Positions 40,333 to 54,785 are shown, numbered from the whole stretch's first letter. The stretch: DNA of 63,968 bases, filler included, from Octopus bimaculoides (GCF_001194135.2; 9 parts of 8 records of this genome joined end to end with filler, not necessarily neighbours in it); one strand, 5' to 3'. The notes: generated by a model from the sequence alone, not told the origin. Translations and numbers: made by a program.

Positions 40333-41461
40333 CATACAATATGCATATATGCATATACAAATATATATACATACATACACATATATGTACATGCTTAGGT
40401 ATACATATAGAAAAATACATTCATATATTCATATTAATGTCTCTATATCATATATGCTTGGATCTTTTTCGCTGTCTGTCTGTCTGTCTGTCTCTCATAT
40501 ACCTATGTGAGTGGGTATGTTTATGAATACACAAACATATATATACATACATATATATATGTGTATATATATGCATATATGTATATATTATGTATGTATG
40601 TATGTATGTATGTATGTATGTATGTATGTATATATATNNNNNNNNNNTATATATATATATATATATATACGACCTACCTACATACATGCATATATGTCTC
40701 TCTGTATGCAATGTGAATATTCATATGAGGATGCATTGGATATATTTATATATTGATAAATGTTGGCTTACAAACATACACAAACACACATATACTTCCT
40801 CCCTCACTCACTCTCTCAATCGCTCACTCGCTCTCTAACACAGACATACATTAGAAATTGAAGTATTCAGTTTTTGCTCTTATTTTCAAGTTGACATGAC
40901 GATCTAAGAACCTTTGTACTGAGAAATTAAAATGAACAATTTTGTAATGAATATACTATTGGATTAAGCAATATAAATAATCAACCGATACAGTTATCCA
41001 TTGGACGTTACTACATAACAGCACCAACGAATATATCTAACGAACTTTCTTTGTGGTTACTAATCCACACGCGCAGTTATCTTGTGTGTGCTACTTCGTG
41101 GCTTTAATTACCTATTTAAGCAATTGCTTAATACTCAATCAACCAATTTTCTATTTAATTACTAAAGCCACGGTACAATTGATAGTGTGTAGTACTACAT
41201 AATTACAGCTAACTAATTAATTAATTGATTATTTAATTAATAGGTCACTCTCTTTTTTACTTATAATCCTGGGTACAAATATCCAAGCTTTAGTACCTAT
41301 CACTACAACTCTATGTCCTTTATAAAAATTCTCAGGAAAGAGGATAATTGCATGAAATCATTGGTATCGTATTGACCGTCTTCTACTCTTAAAAGGTGTG
41401 TATATGTATATCTAGCTACCTACCTCTCTGTTCATCTAATAACCTATCGATCTGTCTGTCC

Positions 41462-41567
<106 letters not shown>

Positions 41568-41952
41568 ATGATGAGTTACTGCTTAGTTTCCATCTAGCGA
41601 CGATATGAAGACAACTTAACTGACTCACATTTGTCGAAGTACACTCATCTATTTATTTAATAAAACAATGTTGAAGTTTACCTTCTTATGATGATGTTCA
41701 AGGTCTAATCGATCATACTTTATTTCAGATTGGTACTTATTTTGTTGATCTTTATTGAATTTAAAATAAAAAGAACGTTCGGTTCGATGTTCATATATTA
41801 TAAATAAATTCTATTAGTTTTGATCTTCAGTGCGGTTATGAGAGTTCTGTAAGGCATCAGTAAAATTATTTACTCACTGGTATATTTCAAAGAAATAAAG
41901 AGGAAAAGAGAGAGGGAGCGGGAGAGAGAAAAATAGAAAGAGAGAGAGAGAA

Positions 41953-41984
<32 letters not shown>

Positions 41985-44072
41985 GAGTGAGGAGAAAGAA
42001 AAACCAACTTCAAATTCAATTCCACAGTTGTCATGGAAGAAATATTTTCCAGTTTAAGTTCAATCACAAAGAAATGTTTTGATCTGTTCATTGCTAAATC
42101 AACTGTTGTAAAATTCAAATAGACTGTCTAATTCCGCGTATGAAGTGAGTTTACAGGAATCCATTTTGCTGATACAAGCGGGAGCTGTCACGTTTATATT
42201 TTCAACCATAATATCTTGTGACCACAACATATAATTTACTCAACTCTGACATGTCCTCCTTAATGAAATTATTATTTGTAACTGTGTGCTTCACAGACTT
42301 GAAGCAATTTGAAACTAATCAGGATTGAAGCTTGGCTTTTTCTTGATGTCAAAGTATTTCTTTTGGCAGCTGTGCTTTCATTAATTAGATAGACGCAGAG
42401 AGATTGGCCAGAAAAATCTAAGTTTTTCCTATTATTGTGCGTATCTCTTTGACTCTGGCTCTGATACTATGAAATCTGCAAAGAGAAAGCAATTCAAGTG
42501 TTAATATCTAACATTTATCACAAAAGATAACAAGCTTTTTCACTAGATAATGGTTAAATAGAGAGAGATGCTTGAGGCCTTTATTGGAAAAGTTGTTTGA
42601 TTTCCTGCAAAATTCCTTTATACAGAATTCCAGAAACAGTGAAGAGAAAATGTATATTTTGGTTAAAGGTAACTTTACAGGGTAAATCGCCAATTAATCA
42701 TTTTCTTATTAAATGAAGCATGCCTTTACAAAATTAGAAAGAAAATTCTTAAGCGTCAGAAAGTATCTTTTTTATTACAGCCTCTGAAATATTGGTGACC
42801 AGCCAAGTTGAAAACTCATTAACTCTATCCCACAGAGATGCAATGAGGAACTCTCACTGAATTTGGAATAGCCTTGTCCAGAGAATAATCCGGAATATCG
42901 TTAGATCAATGTAGCAGAGCAATAACAAATTTGTTACTGTCAAACCACTTTAACTGACATGTATAAATCAATATTTAGAGCAAGGACATTTGTTAATAGA
43001 AAGTTAGCGGGTTTAGTATGAAATACATTGAAAGTTGTACATTTTAACACACGTGTTTAAGTTTTAAAGTACTTAAAAGAAAGAACGCAATTAAAATAGC
43101 GCAGTGATTCAGAAAACAACTGAGAGTAACCGAGAGCAGAATAGTTGACATAACATCAGCGAAGATATGAGAACATTTTGGTTTATAAACTATTGTAAAT
43201 GTCAATGAGTCAAACATTTGAGCTGCTTATCGTAGCGGAAAACAACTTGATTAGATTTAGACTTCAAGATATAAAATGAAGTATATCAGGACTTAAACAC
43301 TATACCATGTCTTAATGCAGAGTGAATATCGTACTGTGATACTTAACATTAACAGCAAATTATTGTCTGTTAAAGTTGTGTGATGGCTTGTGGGGAGGTT
43401 AAAGTACTGAACAAATTGACCACAGGTCAATCGCCAGATTTTCTTCACACCTAGTGACAAACATTGATTTGCAACTCTGACGTAAATCATTTTGCTTTGT
43501 TTCCACGAAACTTGATGAAAACCTGTGAGGTTGATTAAAGCAAGTAAAGTAATAGTAATTGATTTTATGTCAACCAAATGATGTATTCAAGTGTAAAAAC
43601 ACTTAAGAAAACAGATTTATCAATACATAACATGTATCTATCACGAACTGTAACAGATCTGTCTGAGACTACATTCTCTTCTTTGATAGAGACCACAATA
43701 AATTAGAATCAATTTAGCACATGGCTGCCTTTATCATGTAACAGCCAGGACAAAATCATACACAAAAGTCAATCCTCTCATAAGTGTCATAGATTCCTCA
43801 GAGCAAGTGCATAACTCTGATGTATGCGGTGTTAAGTAGATAAGTGACAAATCGTACACTAATCCGGATCCCACTCTATGGAACCCTGCTCGGCTATAGC
43901 CTTCGGTTGACCCTTCACTTATAAGTAGAATTCGAAAGATGAAAACCTGCAAAATATCCCGTTGTATGTATGTATGTATGTATGTATGTATGTATGTATG
44001 TATGTATGTATGTATGTATGTGCGTATGTGCGTATGCATGCATGCATGTATGTATGTATGTATGTATGTATG

Positions 44073-44111
<39 letters not shown>

Positions 44112-44775
44112 NNNNNNNNNNNNNNNNNNNNNNNNNNNNNNNNNNNNNNNNNNNNNNNNNNNNNNNNNNNNNNNNNNNNNNNNNNNNNNNNNNNNNNNNN
44201 NNNNNNNNNNNNNNNNNNNNNNNNNNNNNNNNNNNNNNNNNNNNNNNNNNNNNNNNNNNNNNNNNNNNNNNNNNNNNNNNNNNNNNNNNNNNNTATATAT
44301 ATATATGCTTCGAGATCCACTATTACAAAAACTACTTATTTCTGTGGGTTTCCTCAAAAATTTATAAATTTATGACTCAAACAATACGCACACACATATA
44401 TACATATGTAAATATACACACGCATATTCTCTCTCTCTCTCTCTCTCATATATACAAGTATAACATATTTAATTTATTATTTGTCATTCGTCTAAAAAAA
44501 AAATCCACTGGAAGGCTCTATGGTGATAGATAAATCAGTAATGTGGATGTTGAAATATGGTGGCTGTTAGATACACAGTAAAATGTATCGGTCATGAATG
44601 AATCTAAATATCTCTCCGTTAGAAATGATTGTAAATTGTTATGGAATAACAATACTGTATTTACAATATTATCTTTGCTTTAAATTCTTCGTTCAATGTA
44701 AATATTTCGACACTTACAGAAATGTAGCCGCAGGGCAGATACGCAGGTGTATATTTTCACAACATTCGTGTCTAC

Positions 44776-44972
44776 TTTGAGGTGGTGACCTAGAAGAACA
44801 GTTAGTACACCGGCCAAAATGAATGGCGGTATTTCGTCCGTCTTTTCGTTGTGAGTTCAAATTTTGCCTTTATCCATTCGGGGTCGATAAAATAATTACC
44901 AGCTAAGTACTGTTGTCGATGTAATTAACTTATTCCCCGAAATTGCTTTTCTTGTGCCAAAAACTGAAACCG
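44776..44972 (+). mobile_element. SINE family 2, degenerate
   Basis: gaggtggtgacctagaagaacagttagtacaccgg...gagttcaaattttgcctttatccattcgggggtcgataaa...cttgtgccaaaaactgaaacc. Confidence 0.8.
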
Positions 44973-45592
44973 ATATATATATATATATATATATATANNN
45001 NNNNNNNNNNNNNNNNNNNNNNNNNNNNNNNNNNNNNNNNNNNNNNNNNNNNNNNNNNNNNNNNNNNNNNNNNNNNNNNNNNNNNNNNNNNNNNNNNNNN
45101 NNNNNNNNNNNNNNNNNNNNNNNNNNNNNNNNNNNNNNNNNNNNNNNNNNNNNNNNNNNNNNNNNNNNNNNNNNNNNNNNNNNNNNNNNNNNNNNNNNNN
45201 NNNNNNNNNNNNNNNNNNNNNNNNNNNNNNNNNNNNNNNNNNNNNNNNNNNNNNNNNNNNNNNNNNNATATATATATATATATAATGATTCACAATCAAG
45301 GTGCAGAAATGGCGTAATCCGAATGAACAAGGCAATGTAATCCGATGGTAGAAGAATTCCGCGAATTAGATACGCCAAAGGCTGGGGTTTGTTCTTTTGG
45401 GATTTACTACACACACACACACACACACACACGTATACATATGTATGTGTATATGTAAAAATGTATATTTAGTGAGCCTTCGTTACACTCTCTCTTGTTC
45501 AACCGGATATTGAATTTTATAGCAAAATCTGCATTAAAAGACCGATTACCAATCTTGATTCCTATATCCATCTTTGACTTTCTGCATTGCAG

Positions 45593-45700
45593 GGCCGTAT
45601 ATATTTTGGGTACCCGCCCAACGAAGCTGGCAAATTCATCAGCAATATTAACGACACTCAGTATTATAATCACGTGTCGTTATGGTCTAATAACTTCTCA
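45593..45700 (+). CDS. Candidate internal coding exon (phase 0-0), unknown gene
   Basis: Acceptor ctttgactttctgcattgcag, donor gtaatc, 108 nt, GRIYFGYPPNEAGKFISNINDTQYYNHVSLWSNNFS. Confidence 0.3.
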
Positions 45701-46628
45701 GTAATCTCTTATAAAACCAGTTCCTTCATGATATGTATTAGACGGAGGGCGGGACAATAAGAGTGTGGTGAAGAAAAACTGAATGCTTGCATATTTCAGA
45801 AGCACATACTCTTTTTTTTTTTATTAGTTTCTACACCTATTGAAAGAAATACAATCGTTATTTCTTGCACTCCGCTCTCTCTCCAATTAGCTAACGTCTT
45901 AATCTGTCTACCATTCATATATGCTTACTCTTCGCTTCATTCTCTTTATATTAACTCGTTTACTTGTATAATACTTTTTCTTTTTTTATTCGCTTTCACC
46001 CTTCGCTCTAATAAACATCATGTTTTCTTGAATAAAAGTTGTTTGCATAAATACATTGAAAAATTTATTGCCAAAACTGATTTCCTTTGTAACAATTCGG
46101 TTCTTGCAGTATCATGATATAATCTGATCGTAATTTGTTTTCAAATCTAATAATACATACATAGAAATAAATATTATGTCAGGACGAAATAGCTTAAAGT
46201 TTGTATGTTTAATTTTGAGTAATGTTTACACCAGATTTGTGGTTTCATTAGCTCAGTTTAGCTTGCACTCCACCATACGCATCACAGCACAAACTGTGCT
46301 GTCTTGAAATTTTCTTTATTACTTCATTGATTAAGCATCTTTCAGCGTTGTAGTTTACATCATGATTTAAAAGGAAAGTAATAATATAAAGAAGAACACT
46401 GACCCTATCTGTGAGCCAGAAACAACTGGAATTTATCAGAGTATTTTAGCCTAGCACTTCGGTGGCAAGAATTGTAAAAACTAAGCTGTTAGATGCAAAT
46501 AGTTTTGGCAGGATGCAAAACTAAAGAAAACGTCACTGCAGTTTCTTTGAAATATAATACTGATGTATATTGTTTCATCTTCATCTACTGGTGCACGGAA
46601 AGATATTAGTGTTGCAAATGATACAAAT

Positions 46629-46965
46629 CTCGAAGGGACATTGACGAAGTAGTTTATCCATGAACGATTTTGTTGGTACAACGTCCTTGATACATACATC
46701 AAAAGTGACGAGGGGTTACGAGCATTTGCAAATCATCATAAATTGGCTATTAAAGTCATCCACGCTGAAGCAATCAGCATATCAAACGAAGTAACCGGGA
46801 AGTTCTTAAATGACTTAATAAAACGTGAAGAGATCTTAATTCACTAAATATATAACAGAGACATAATTGCGTGGCATTGTTGGCTGCTATTTCTAGAAGA
46901 ACGATTAACTGCATATAGGTCATCGTCCTATCGTTGGCCCATCCACCTGAAGCTTATTTATATTA
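46629..46965 (+). mobile_element. pogo/Tigger-like (CENP-B HTH plus DDE_1) transposase relic
   Basis: One frame: LEGTLTK*FIHER...KSDEGLRAFANHHKL.IKVIHAEAIS...KFLNDLIKREEILIH*IYNRD...EERLT...HLKLIYI, paralleling LE.AL..WF...R / KAS.GWL..F..RH / GE..S / QIYNADET / KERLT. Confidence 0.7.
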
Positions 46966-47219
46966 TGTTGTTCTCTCAACTAACAAAGATTCTGGAATGT
47001 AGTGAGAAATTAATCAGAGTATCTCATTAGGCTTGAAACTGATAGCAGATCTAATTAATCAGTGATCAAAGAGTTCATTTATTCTACTATGTTCTACAAA
47101 CGTTTATATAATCAGAGCTTAGTACTAAATTAGCAATCAAATGATAGACCATGCCATATTGTGTATACACCAGTATCAATGGCATTTATATAGCTTCCAT
47201 TATAGAATCATCACAAATG

Positions 47220-47262
<43 letters not shown>

Positions 47263-47533
47263 AAGCACTGTCACCAACAGATATATGCAATTTAACTAAA
47301 GGTTGTATGGAGTACTTTTTTATGGTTATGAGAAAAATGGAAAAATAAGAGCGAATATTTATTTTATGGGGCTGTTTATTACTTTTGCAAAATTGTGCAT
47401 AAAGTACGTAAAGTGTATATTTAAGGTACATTAAGTAATCATTGTATTCCAATTTCTTCCACTTGTCAATGAGCAGCATATAAGCGACTATCTTTCCATA
47501 CAGGCAAAACACAGGTCACGCTTTAAGGACTTA

Positions 47534-47635
47534 TTTCGGGACCGAAAAATTAAGTACCAGTTGCGTACTTGGGTCGATGTAATCGACTAGTCCGCTTCCC
47601 CAAATTTCAGGCCTTGTGCCTATAATAGAAAGAAT
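47534..47635 (+). mobile_element. SINE family 2 3' half (tail type 1)
   Basis: aattaagtaccagttgcgtacttgggtcgatgtaatcgactag...aaatttcaggccttgtgcctataatagaaag. Confidence 0.85.
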
Positions 47636-47650
47636 TCTTCTTCTTCTTCT

Positions 47651-47882
47651 TACACCAGCATCGGTTGACAAGCGATGGTGGGTGGACAAACACAGACACA
47701 CAAACACACACACACACACATATATATATACGACGGGCTTCTTTCAGTTTCCGTCTACCAAATCCACTCACAAGGCTTTGGTCGGTCTGAGGCTATAGTA
47801 GAAGGAGCCACGCAGTGGAACTGAACCCGGAACCATGTGGTTGGTAAGCAAGCTACTCACCACACAGCCACTCCTGCGCCTG
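47651..47882 (-). mobile_element. SINE family 1: head, internal (TA)/(TG) microsatellite, body
   Basis: Minus strand ggcgcaggagtggctgtgtggtgag...ggttccgggttcagttccactgcgtggc...gaaactgaaagaagcccgtcg-(ta)(tg)n-gtgtctgtgtttgtccacccaccatcgcttgtcaaccgatgctggtgt. Confidence 0.9.
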
Positions 47883-47894
47883 TACACAAGAAAT

Positions 47895-48075
47895 TTCTTT
47901 TCTACTCTAGGCACAAGGCCCAAAACTTTTGGGGAAGGTGCCAGTCGATTAGTTAATTTATCGACCTCGAAAGGCAAAGTCAAGCTCGGCGGAATTTGAT
48001 CTCAGAGCCTAAAGACAGATGAAATACCGATACGCATTTCGCCGGACGTGCTAACGTTTCTGCCAGCCCGCCGAC
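47895..48075 (-). mobile_element. SINE family 2 (tail type 1)
   Basis: ctaggcacaaggcccaaaac...gcaaagtcaagctcggcggaatttgatctcaga...gtgctaacgtttctgccagcccgcc. Confidence 0.9.
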
Positions 48076-48089
48076 TTAATTTTAAGAAA

Positions 48090-48482
48090 ATTATTATTAG
48101 GCCTTTGTTGTTGTTCCTGTTATTGATGAAATATTATTCTTGTTGTTCTTTGTGTTGTTGTAGACCCTTGTGTTGTTTCCTTATTGGCATGGTCATATTT
48201 GTTTTATATCATTTTTGTTGTTGTTGCTGTTGGTATTAGTGTTCTTAATATTTTTCATATGAGATTATTATTGGAGTTCTTTACTTTATATTTTTTGTAC
48301 TTCTGTGGTTATCAGTATCATTGTTGTTGTTGTTACTATTTTTATTACATTTTGTTATTGCTGTTTTTGTTGTTGATGTTGTTATTGTTCTTGTTGATAG
48401 CCTTGTTGTTGATGTTTTGTATTTTACTTGTTGTTATTGTTGTTATTGTTGTTGTATGATGATGATGATGATGATGATGATG
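48090..48482. repeat. Degenerate (GTT)/(ATT)/(GAT) trinucleotide region
   Basis: Direct reading. Confidence 0.85.
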
Positions 48483-49276
48483 TTATATTAAAAAAAATCA
48501 ACTACAAAAAAAAAATCCTATTTAATTTAGTAAGTTCTATGTAGTGAATTATGAGATCTGCTTTGATTTAGGAAGCAATCAGCTCTTAATCAGGCATGCT
48601 AATGGAGACACACATATACACACAGACTGAGATACACGTATACACATAAAATCACAAACACACACACAAGCCCACATGCACACACACATATACACACATA
48701 TAAATATACGTACCAGACATACATTCTCAAATATTCACAAACGCGTAATCACACGTAATGTGAAAAATCACACATATACATATACACAGCCATAAACACT
48801 CATATATACACATATATACATTTATTGATACACATGCATTCATAGAAACAGACATACTCACAAATTATCGCACACATACGTACACATGCATATTCTTTTT
48901 CATGTGCACTTATATACACCCAAATATACATTCTCACAAACATCCACATATGTGTATTCACACACGTAAATATACACATAGATGCTCATACGTAGAAACA
49001 TATACATTCATTGACGCACATCACACTAATAGACACACATACACTCATACCTACTCTTAAACATACATTTATACTTACACACACATAAATTCTCACATTC
49101 ACACACATATGTATATACACAAACATATACTGACAAATATTTGCAGATGCACATTCACACATAAGCAAAATATATGTACTCGCATGCACTCACACACACT
49201 CACATAAATAGCTGCATATTTACACACACATATATTCTCTCACCATTATGTATTCTCACAGATATCTACGTATTCA

Positions 49277-49322
<46 letters not shown>

Positions 49323-49893
49323 TATATATATACACACACACACATGAGCACAATTACACATATACACTCTTGCGTATACTAATATATACATTCACTCAAA
49401 TATTTGCATAAACGAAAATCAATCTCAGAAAACACATATACACACACATTCACGCACAAACACAAATGCACACAGACGTCTCTGCAGTACGCATTCAAGT
49501 AAGTAAACATGGAAACATTCTTTCAGTTATAAAACACATACATACACGCTTAGATACTCACATACAGACACACAAAGCTACATACTCTTGTACAGATAGA
49601 GACTTACTCTTAATCTACTACTGTGTGTACAAGTGCATGTATAAGCAAATATGCATATAGATGCACTTATACAGACATTCATTCATCGATGTATGCATAC
49701 AACTAGACATAACGGAATTCTCAAATGATATTAGTGATGGAGGTCGAACAGTTTAAATATTCCCAGCGCACGATTGTAAAACGATAGAAAAACTATAAAC
49801 CTGTCCAGCTGAACTTCTATCAATGGTCTGACTATTTCTCCAATACACATGTGCAGACAAACAAGCAGATGCATGTATGTGTGTGTGTTGTGC

Positions 49894-50023
<130 letters not shown>

Positions 50024-50354
50024 NNNNNNNNNNNNNNNNNNNNNNNNNNNNNNNNNNNNNNNNNNNNNNNNNNNNNNNNNNNNNNNNNNNNNNNNNNNNN
50101 NNNNNNNNNNNNNNNNNNNNNNNNNNNNNNNNNNNNNNNNNNNNNNNNNNNNNNNNNNNNNNNNNNNNNNNNNNNNNNNNNNNNNNNNNNNNNNNNNNNN
50201 NNNNNNNNNNNNNNNNNNNNNNNNNNNNNNNNNNNNNNNNNNNNNNNNNNNNNNNNNNNNNNNNNNNNNNNNNNNNNNNNNNNNNNNNNNNNNNNNNNNN
50301 NNNNNNNNNNNNNNNNNNNNNNNNNNNNNNNNNNNNNNNNNNNNNNNNNNNNNN

Positions 50355-50408
<54 letters not shown>

Positions 50409-51586
50409 AAAGCATACACATTCAGTCATGAAACAAATTTAATGCTTACACACATACATGTACATATGCTAAAGGATGTCCATTGAATTCTATGATGGCA
50501 ACCTTCTCTAATTTTGACTCCTTTGATGAATGTACGTTTTAATGAGTTTCAACAAGGTAGAATGTACTCGTGTAAGTAATATGAGCTTCGTGACTGCTAC
50601 AGCCTAAGCTACACCAGCCCAGCATCATGATATACGAAGCGGCTACGAAAGTAGCGATATCTTATCGATTCAGATCCACACGATACCACGACTTCCATAA
50701 TTTTTGTCTTCCTGAAGTAACCCACAAGGCAGAAGAGCAGTATATTATGTCACCCTTGCTTCAGCTAAGGAGCCATATGAAATATATTCCTTGACTGAGT
50801 ACTTTGACAAAAGAACACTCACAAGAAATAGGGGTCCGTTGCTCGTAAACCACTTTTCCAGTGCGCATGTATAACATCGCGAGTATTTCTGTGTTCTCAA
50901 GCACAGTTACTAGATGAAGCTGATCCCATGCTGAGTACATCTGCCTTTTTTGATGAGCATTGCTTGATTTCTAGCAACTCTCCTCACACGGTTTGTTTGG
51001 GATGGTGTTTTAGTTGCAAGCGAGCTAGATTACATATTGCTAGTCATTTCCAAATTGATCAAACTCTAGACACATACATACACGCATTCATACATAATAC
51101 ATGCATAGATGTACGCATACATACACAGATACAAACATACACACATGCATAATTACACAAATACGTGCATACAGACATGCATATACTAATAGTAATGTAC
51201 ACATACATAATTCATAAATGCATACATACATTCATGTATACATACATACTTACATACATACATGTAACGACTTCTCATACACCAAAATTAGGTGATTTTG
51301 ATCATAAAAGAATGTAGGTTACGCATAAGCAAACCTGAAGGCGTTCTCTACATTATTGTCATCTGTAAAAGAATGTCTTCTTCCTATTATCTTCCTGTAA
51401 GGTATAATGTAGCAGTCAAAGGAATCTAGAACTGAATGAGAGAGAAAAAATAGCAACAATGAAAGATGAATTTATTGATAGATCAAAAGAATATCGAAGG
51501 GGCGTAAATGGAAAAATAGTAACAAAATAGCAACCGAATTAAAACAACTGATCTGAGATCATTGTTTGGATCACATTTAGGGTAAA

Positions 51587-51842
51587 GACAAGGCCCGAAG
51601 TTTTGTGTGATGGGGCCAGTCGATTAGATCGACCCCAGTACGCAACTGGTACTTAATTTATCGCAGGCAAAGTCGACCTCGGTGGAATTTGAACTCAGAA
51701 CGTAAAGACAGACGATATACTACTAAGCATTTCGCCCGGTGTGCTAACGTTTCTTATTTCTTTATTGTGCACAAGGGGCTACACACAGAGGGGGGAAAAA
51801 AACAAGGACGGACAAACGGATTAAGTCGATTATATCGACTCC
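51587..51842 (-). mobile_element. Composite of SINE family 2 tail type 2 (51751-51842) fused to a head-truncated family 2 tail type 1 copy (51587-51756)
   Basis: gacaaggcccgaag...gtgctaacgt-TTCTTA-tttctttattgtgcacaaggggc...ggattaagtcgattatatcgactcc. Confidence 0.85.
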
Positions 51843-52428
51843 AATATATATATATATACACACACACACATATATATATATATANNNNNNNNNNNNNNNN
51901 NNNNNNNNNNNNNNNNNNNNNNNNNNNNNNNNNNNNNNNNNNNNNNNNNNNNNNNNNNNNNNNNNNNNNNNNNNNNNNNNNNNNNNNNNNNNNNNNNNNN
52001 NNNNNNNNNNNNNNNNNNNNNNNNNNNNNNNNNNNNNNNNNNNNNNNNNNNNNNNNNNNNNNNNNNNNNNNNNNNNNNNNNNNNNNNNNNNNNNNNNNNN
52101 NNNNNNNNNNNNNNNNNNNNNNNNNNNNNNNTATATATATATATATTGATATATATGTTGATACGAAGAGGTGCTGAAAAGTTCTTGACTTTGGATAAAA
52201 GATATATATAGCTGCATGCATCCACATGCCTATAGTTGACTAATCGCGCGGTCGTAGTCATCTCCAGAAGTTTTTAGCGTGACACACTTACCCACATAAT
52301 ATAAACATACACATTGGCTTAGGCACTCACACACTCACTCACATACAGAAACACACTCAACACACATCAATATAGTGACACACATAAACACACACACACA
52401 TATGAGCATATATGTGTGTGCTTGTGTG

Positions 52429-52469
<41 letters not shown>

Positions 52470-53406
52470 ATGTGTGTGTGTGTTTGCGTGTGTATATCTA
52501 TGTGCATGTGTATGTATATATATATATCTGTACACACACGAAATAAAAAAAACATATAAAGCAAATNNNNNNNNNNNNNNNNNNNNNNNNNNNNNNNNNN
52601 NNNNNNNNNNTTAATTAATTAANNNNNNNNNNNNNNNNNNNNNNNNNNNNNNNNNNNNNNNNNNNNATATATATATCAATACACTGACAGTCAAACAGAT
52701 GGACAGCCAGACAGGCACAAATAGATAGATAGACAGATAGATGTAGGGGACTTGAAAGTCACTTTAATTTCTCTCATATAAGTTGCTTGATGTGCTGGCA
52801 CCGAGAGATTAACCGAAACTCTCGGGTTTTTTTTGTTTAAAATATTTCCCATCCTATCAACGATGAGCCAAATCCCAGAAGGCCTGGGTGTATATATTTT
52901 TTCTTGACTTCGTCAATTGTTGCACTTTGGATAACTCGTGGTTACGGTGGCTGTTTTGACGAATTTTGTCGATCAGATCACCTGCTACTCTCAATTTAAA
53001 TTTGCTACTTTTTACTAGTTTATTTGTTGAACTATCACGTAAGGGGGACATAACATGCTGAGACAACTCTGAGACACACGCTCACACAATCACATACATA
53101 CCCTCACGCATACGTGTGCGCATGCTCACACATATATATATGGATCCTAGAAGATTGTGTACTGTGTTTATGTATTTTAATCATTATTTCCATGAAGGAG
53201 TGCTAGTAGTTTACAGCTCAGTGCCAAAGTCGGGAAACGCTTAGATCCAAATGATGTGTACATGTGGAGATTGGTATAATTACATTTGTAGTTTAGTGTA
53301 TCATGGGATCTCATATCTTGGTGATGGTTTCCAGGTGCGAGACATTCTTGGAAAAGAGAAATAGATGTAGTACTTAATGCGAAGATTGGGAAGACAAAAG
53401 ACACAA

Positions 53407-53484
<78 letters not shown>

Positions 53485-53493
53485 GGATAGATG

Positions 53494-53552
<59 letters not shown>

Positions 53553-53553
53553 G

Positions 53554-53626
<73 letters not shown>

Positions 53627-53685
53627 ATAGATCGACAAAAGAATAGATAGATAAAAAGATAGACAGAACAATAGATAGATAAGTA
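53407..53685. repeat. (GATA)n tetranucleotide microsatellite
   Basis: About 60 units with GGAT variants. Confidence 0.95.
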
Positions 53686-53849
53686 GTNNNNNNNNNNNNN
53701 NNNNNNNNNNNNNNNNNNNNNNNNNNNNNNNTTAATTAATTAANNNNNNNNNNNNNNNNNNNNNNNNNNNNNNNNNNNNNNNNNNNNATATATAATTTTC
53801 AAAGAATATGGAGAATTTGTACACAGAGCAATCAATATATTTATTATAA

Positions 53850-53890
53850 TACGCGCGTTTCGGTTTTAATTACTTAAATCCATATTAGGC
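53850..53890 (-). ncRNA. Decayed Penelope-type hammerhead motif
   Basis: Minus strand CTAATA-T-GGATTTAA-gtaa-TTAAAACC-GAAA-CGCGCG-TA then AATAAA; core mutated and stem I not evident. Confidence 0.35.
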
Positions 53891-54785
53891 AATTATTATG
53901 AATTTTAAAAAGCAAAAACTTTCGTCAGGGCAAGAGTTTTATCAAATTAAAATTTTGTTTTCCTTCATCTTCAACGGATGGAGTGTTCATTCTAATTGAC
54001 CTGTGTGTGCGTCTTGGATTCCGTTCTAAAAATAGATAGAGGCTGATTTTGACCTCACTGGACTAGGGATAGACATAGTTCAGAAGAACTAGGTCATGTT
54101 ACTATCCACCCTTTTAGTGACGCAAAAAGATAGCTTTTAACAAGCTGGTCATTTATAATTATCTCTAAAATATCTTCCTCATTAAAGGTATAGGTTTATA
54201 TACCTCCCATTACCACTTTGAACTATCTATCCTGTTCACAATATATCTAAAGGTTCTTATTTACTGGTAAAATATAAATCTATGTATCTACTTATATGTT
54301 ATCTCTAACTTATTTATTTTTTGTTTATTCTTACTGTAAAAAGTTATATTAGTTGTTACTAATATAAATTATTTATTTAGATATATATTATTAGATAGTT
54401 TAGATTCGTACCTATACTTGTCTATTTAATTAATGGTATAGATGTACGATTCTCATTTATTATGTACACAGTGCTATTTTTATCTAAATTTATTTATCTA
54501 TATCCCCGTTGACAGGCAGCTGGTATTTATAGTGTTAAACACTTTCGGTATGCAAATTAGGGACTCCTTCACAGAGTAACTGCTGCATTTGTTCAGCATA
54601 TAAACAGTTTGGCTATTTGTTTCTCTGGAGATTGTCAAAATAATGTGGACGCCTCTGATGAGAACCTAATAAGGTTGGAAAATCGATTAAGGTTGTTCAT
54701 CATTTTATTCAGTCTGCGGAGAAATGGCTATAATTTGCCCTGTTTACAATTATACGATATGTTACGCATGTATATATATATATGT

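Noticed and set aside
50520-51050. Possible minus-strand RTE relic (VKEYI..GS, CGSES-like)
   Set aside because: Motifs too degenerate to support without alignment.
52801-52835. Hairpin CCGAGAG/CTCTCGG followed by a T-run, terminator-like
   Set aside because: Eukaryotic context with no linked gene or Helitron CTRR end; isolated short hairpin.
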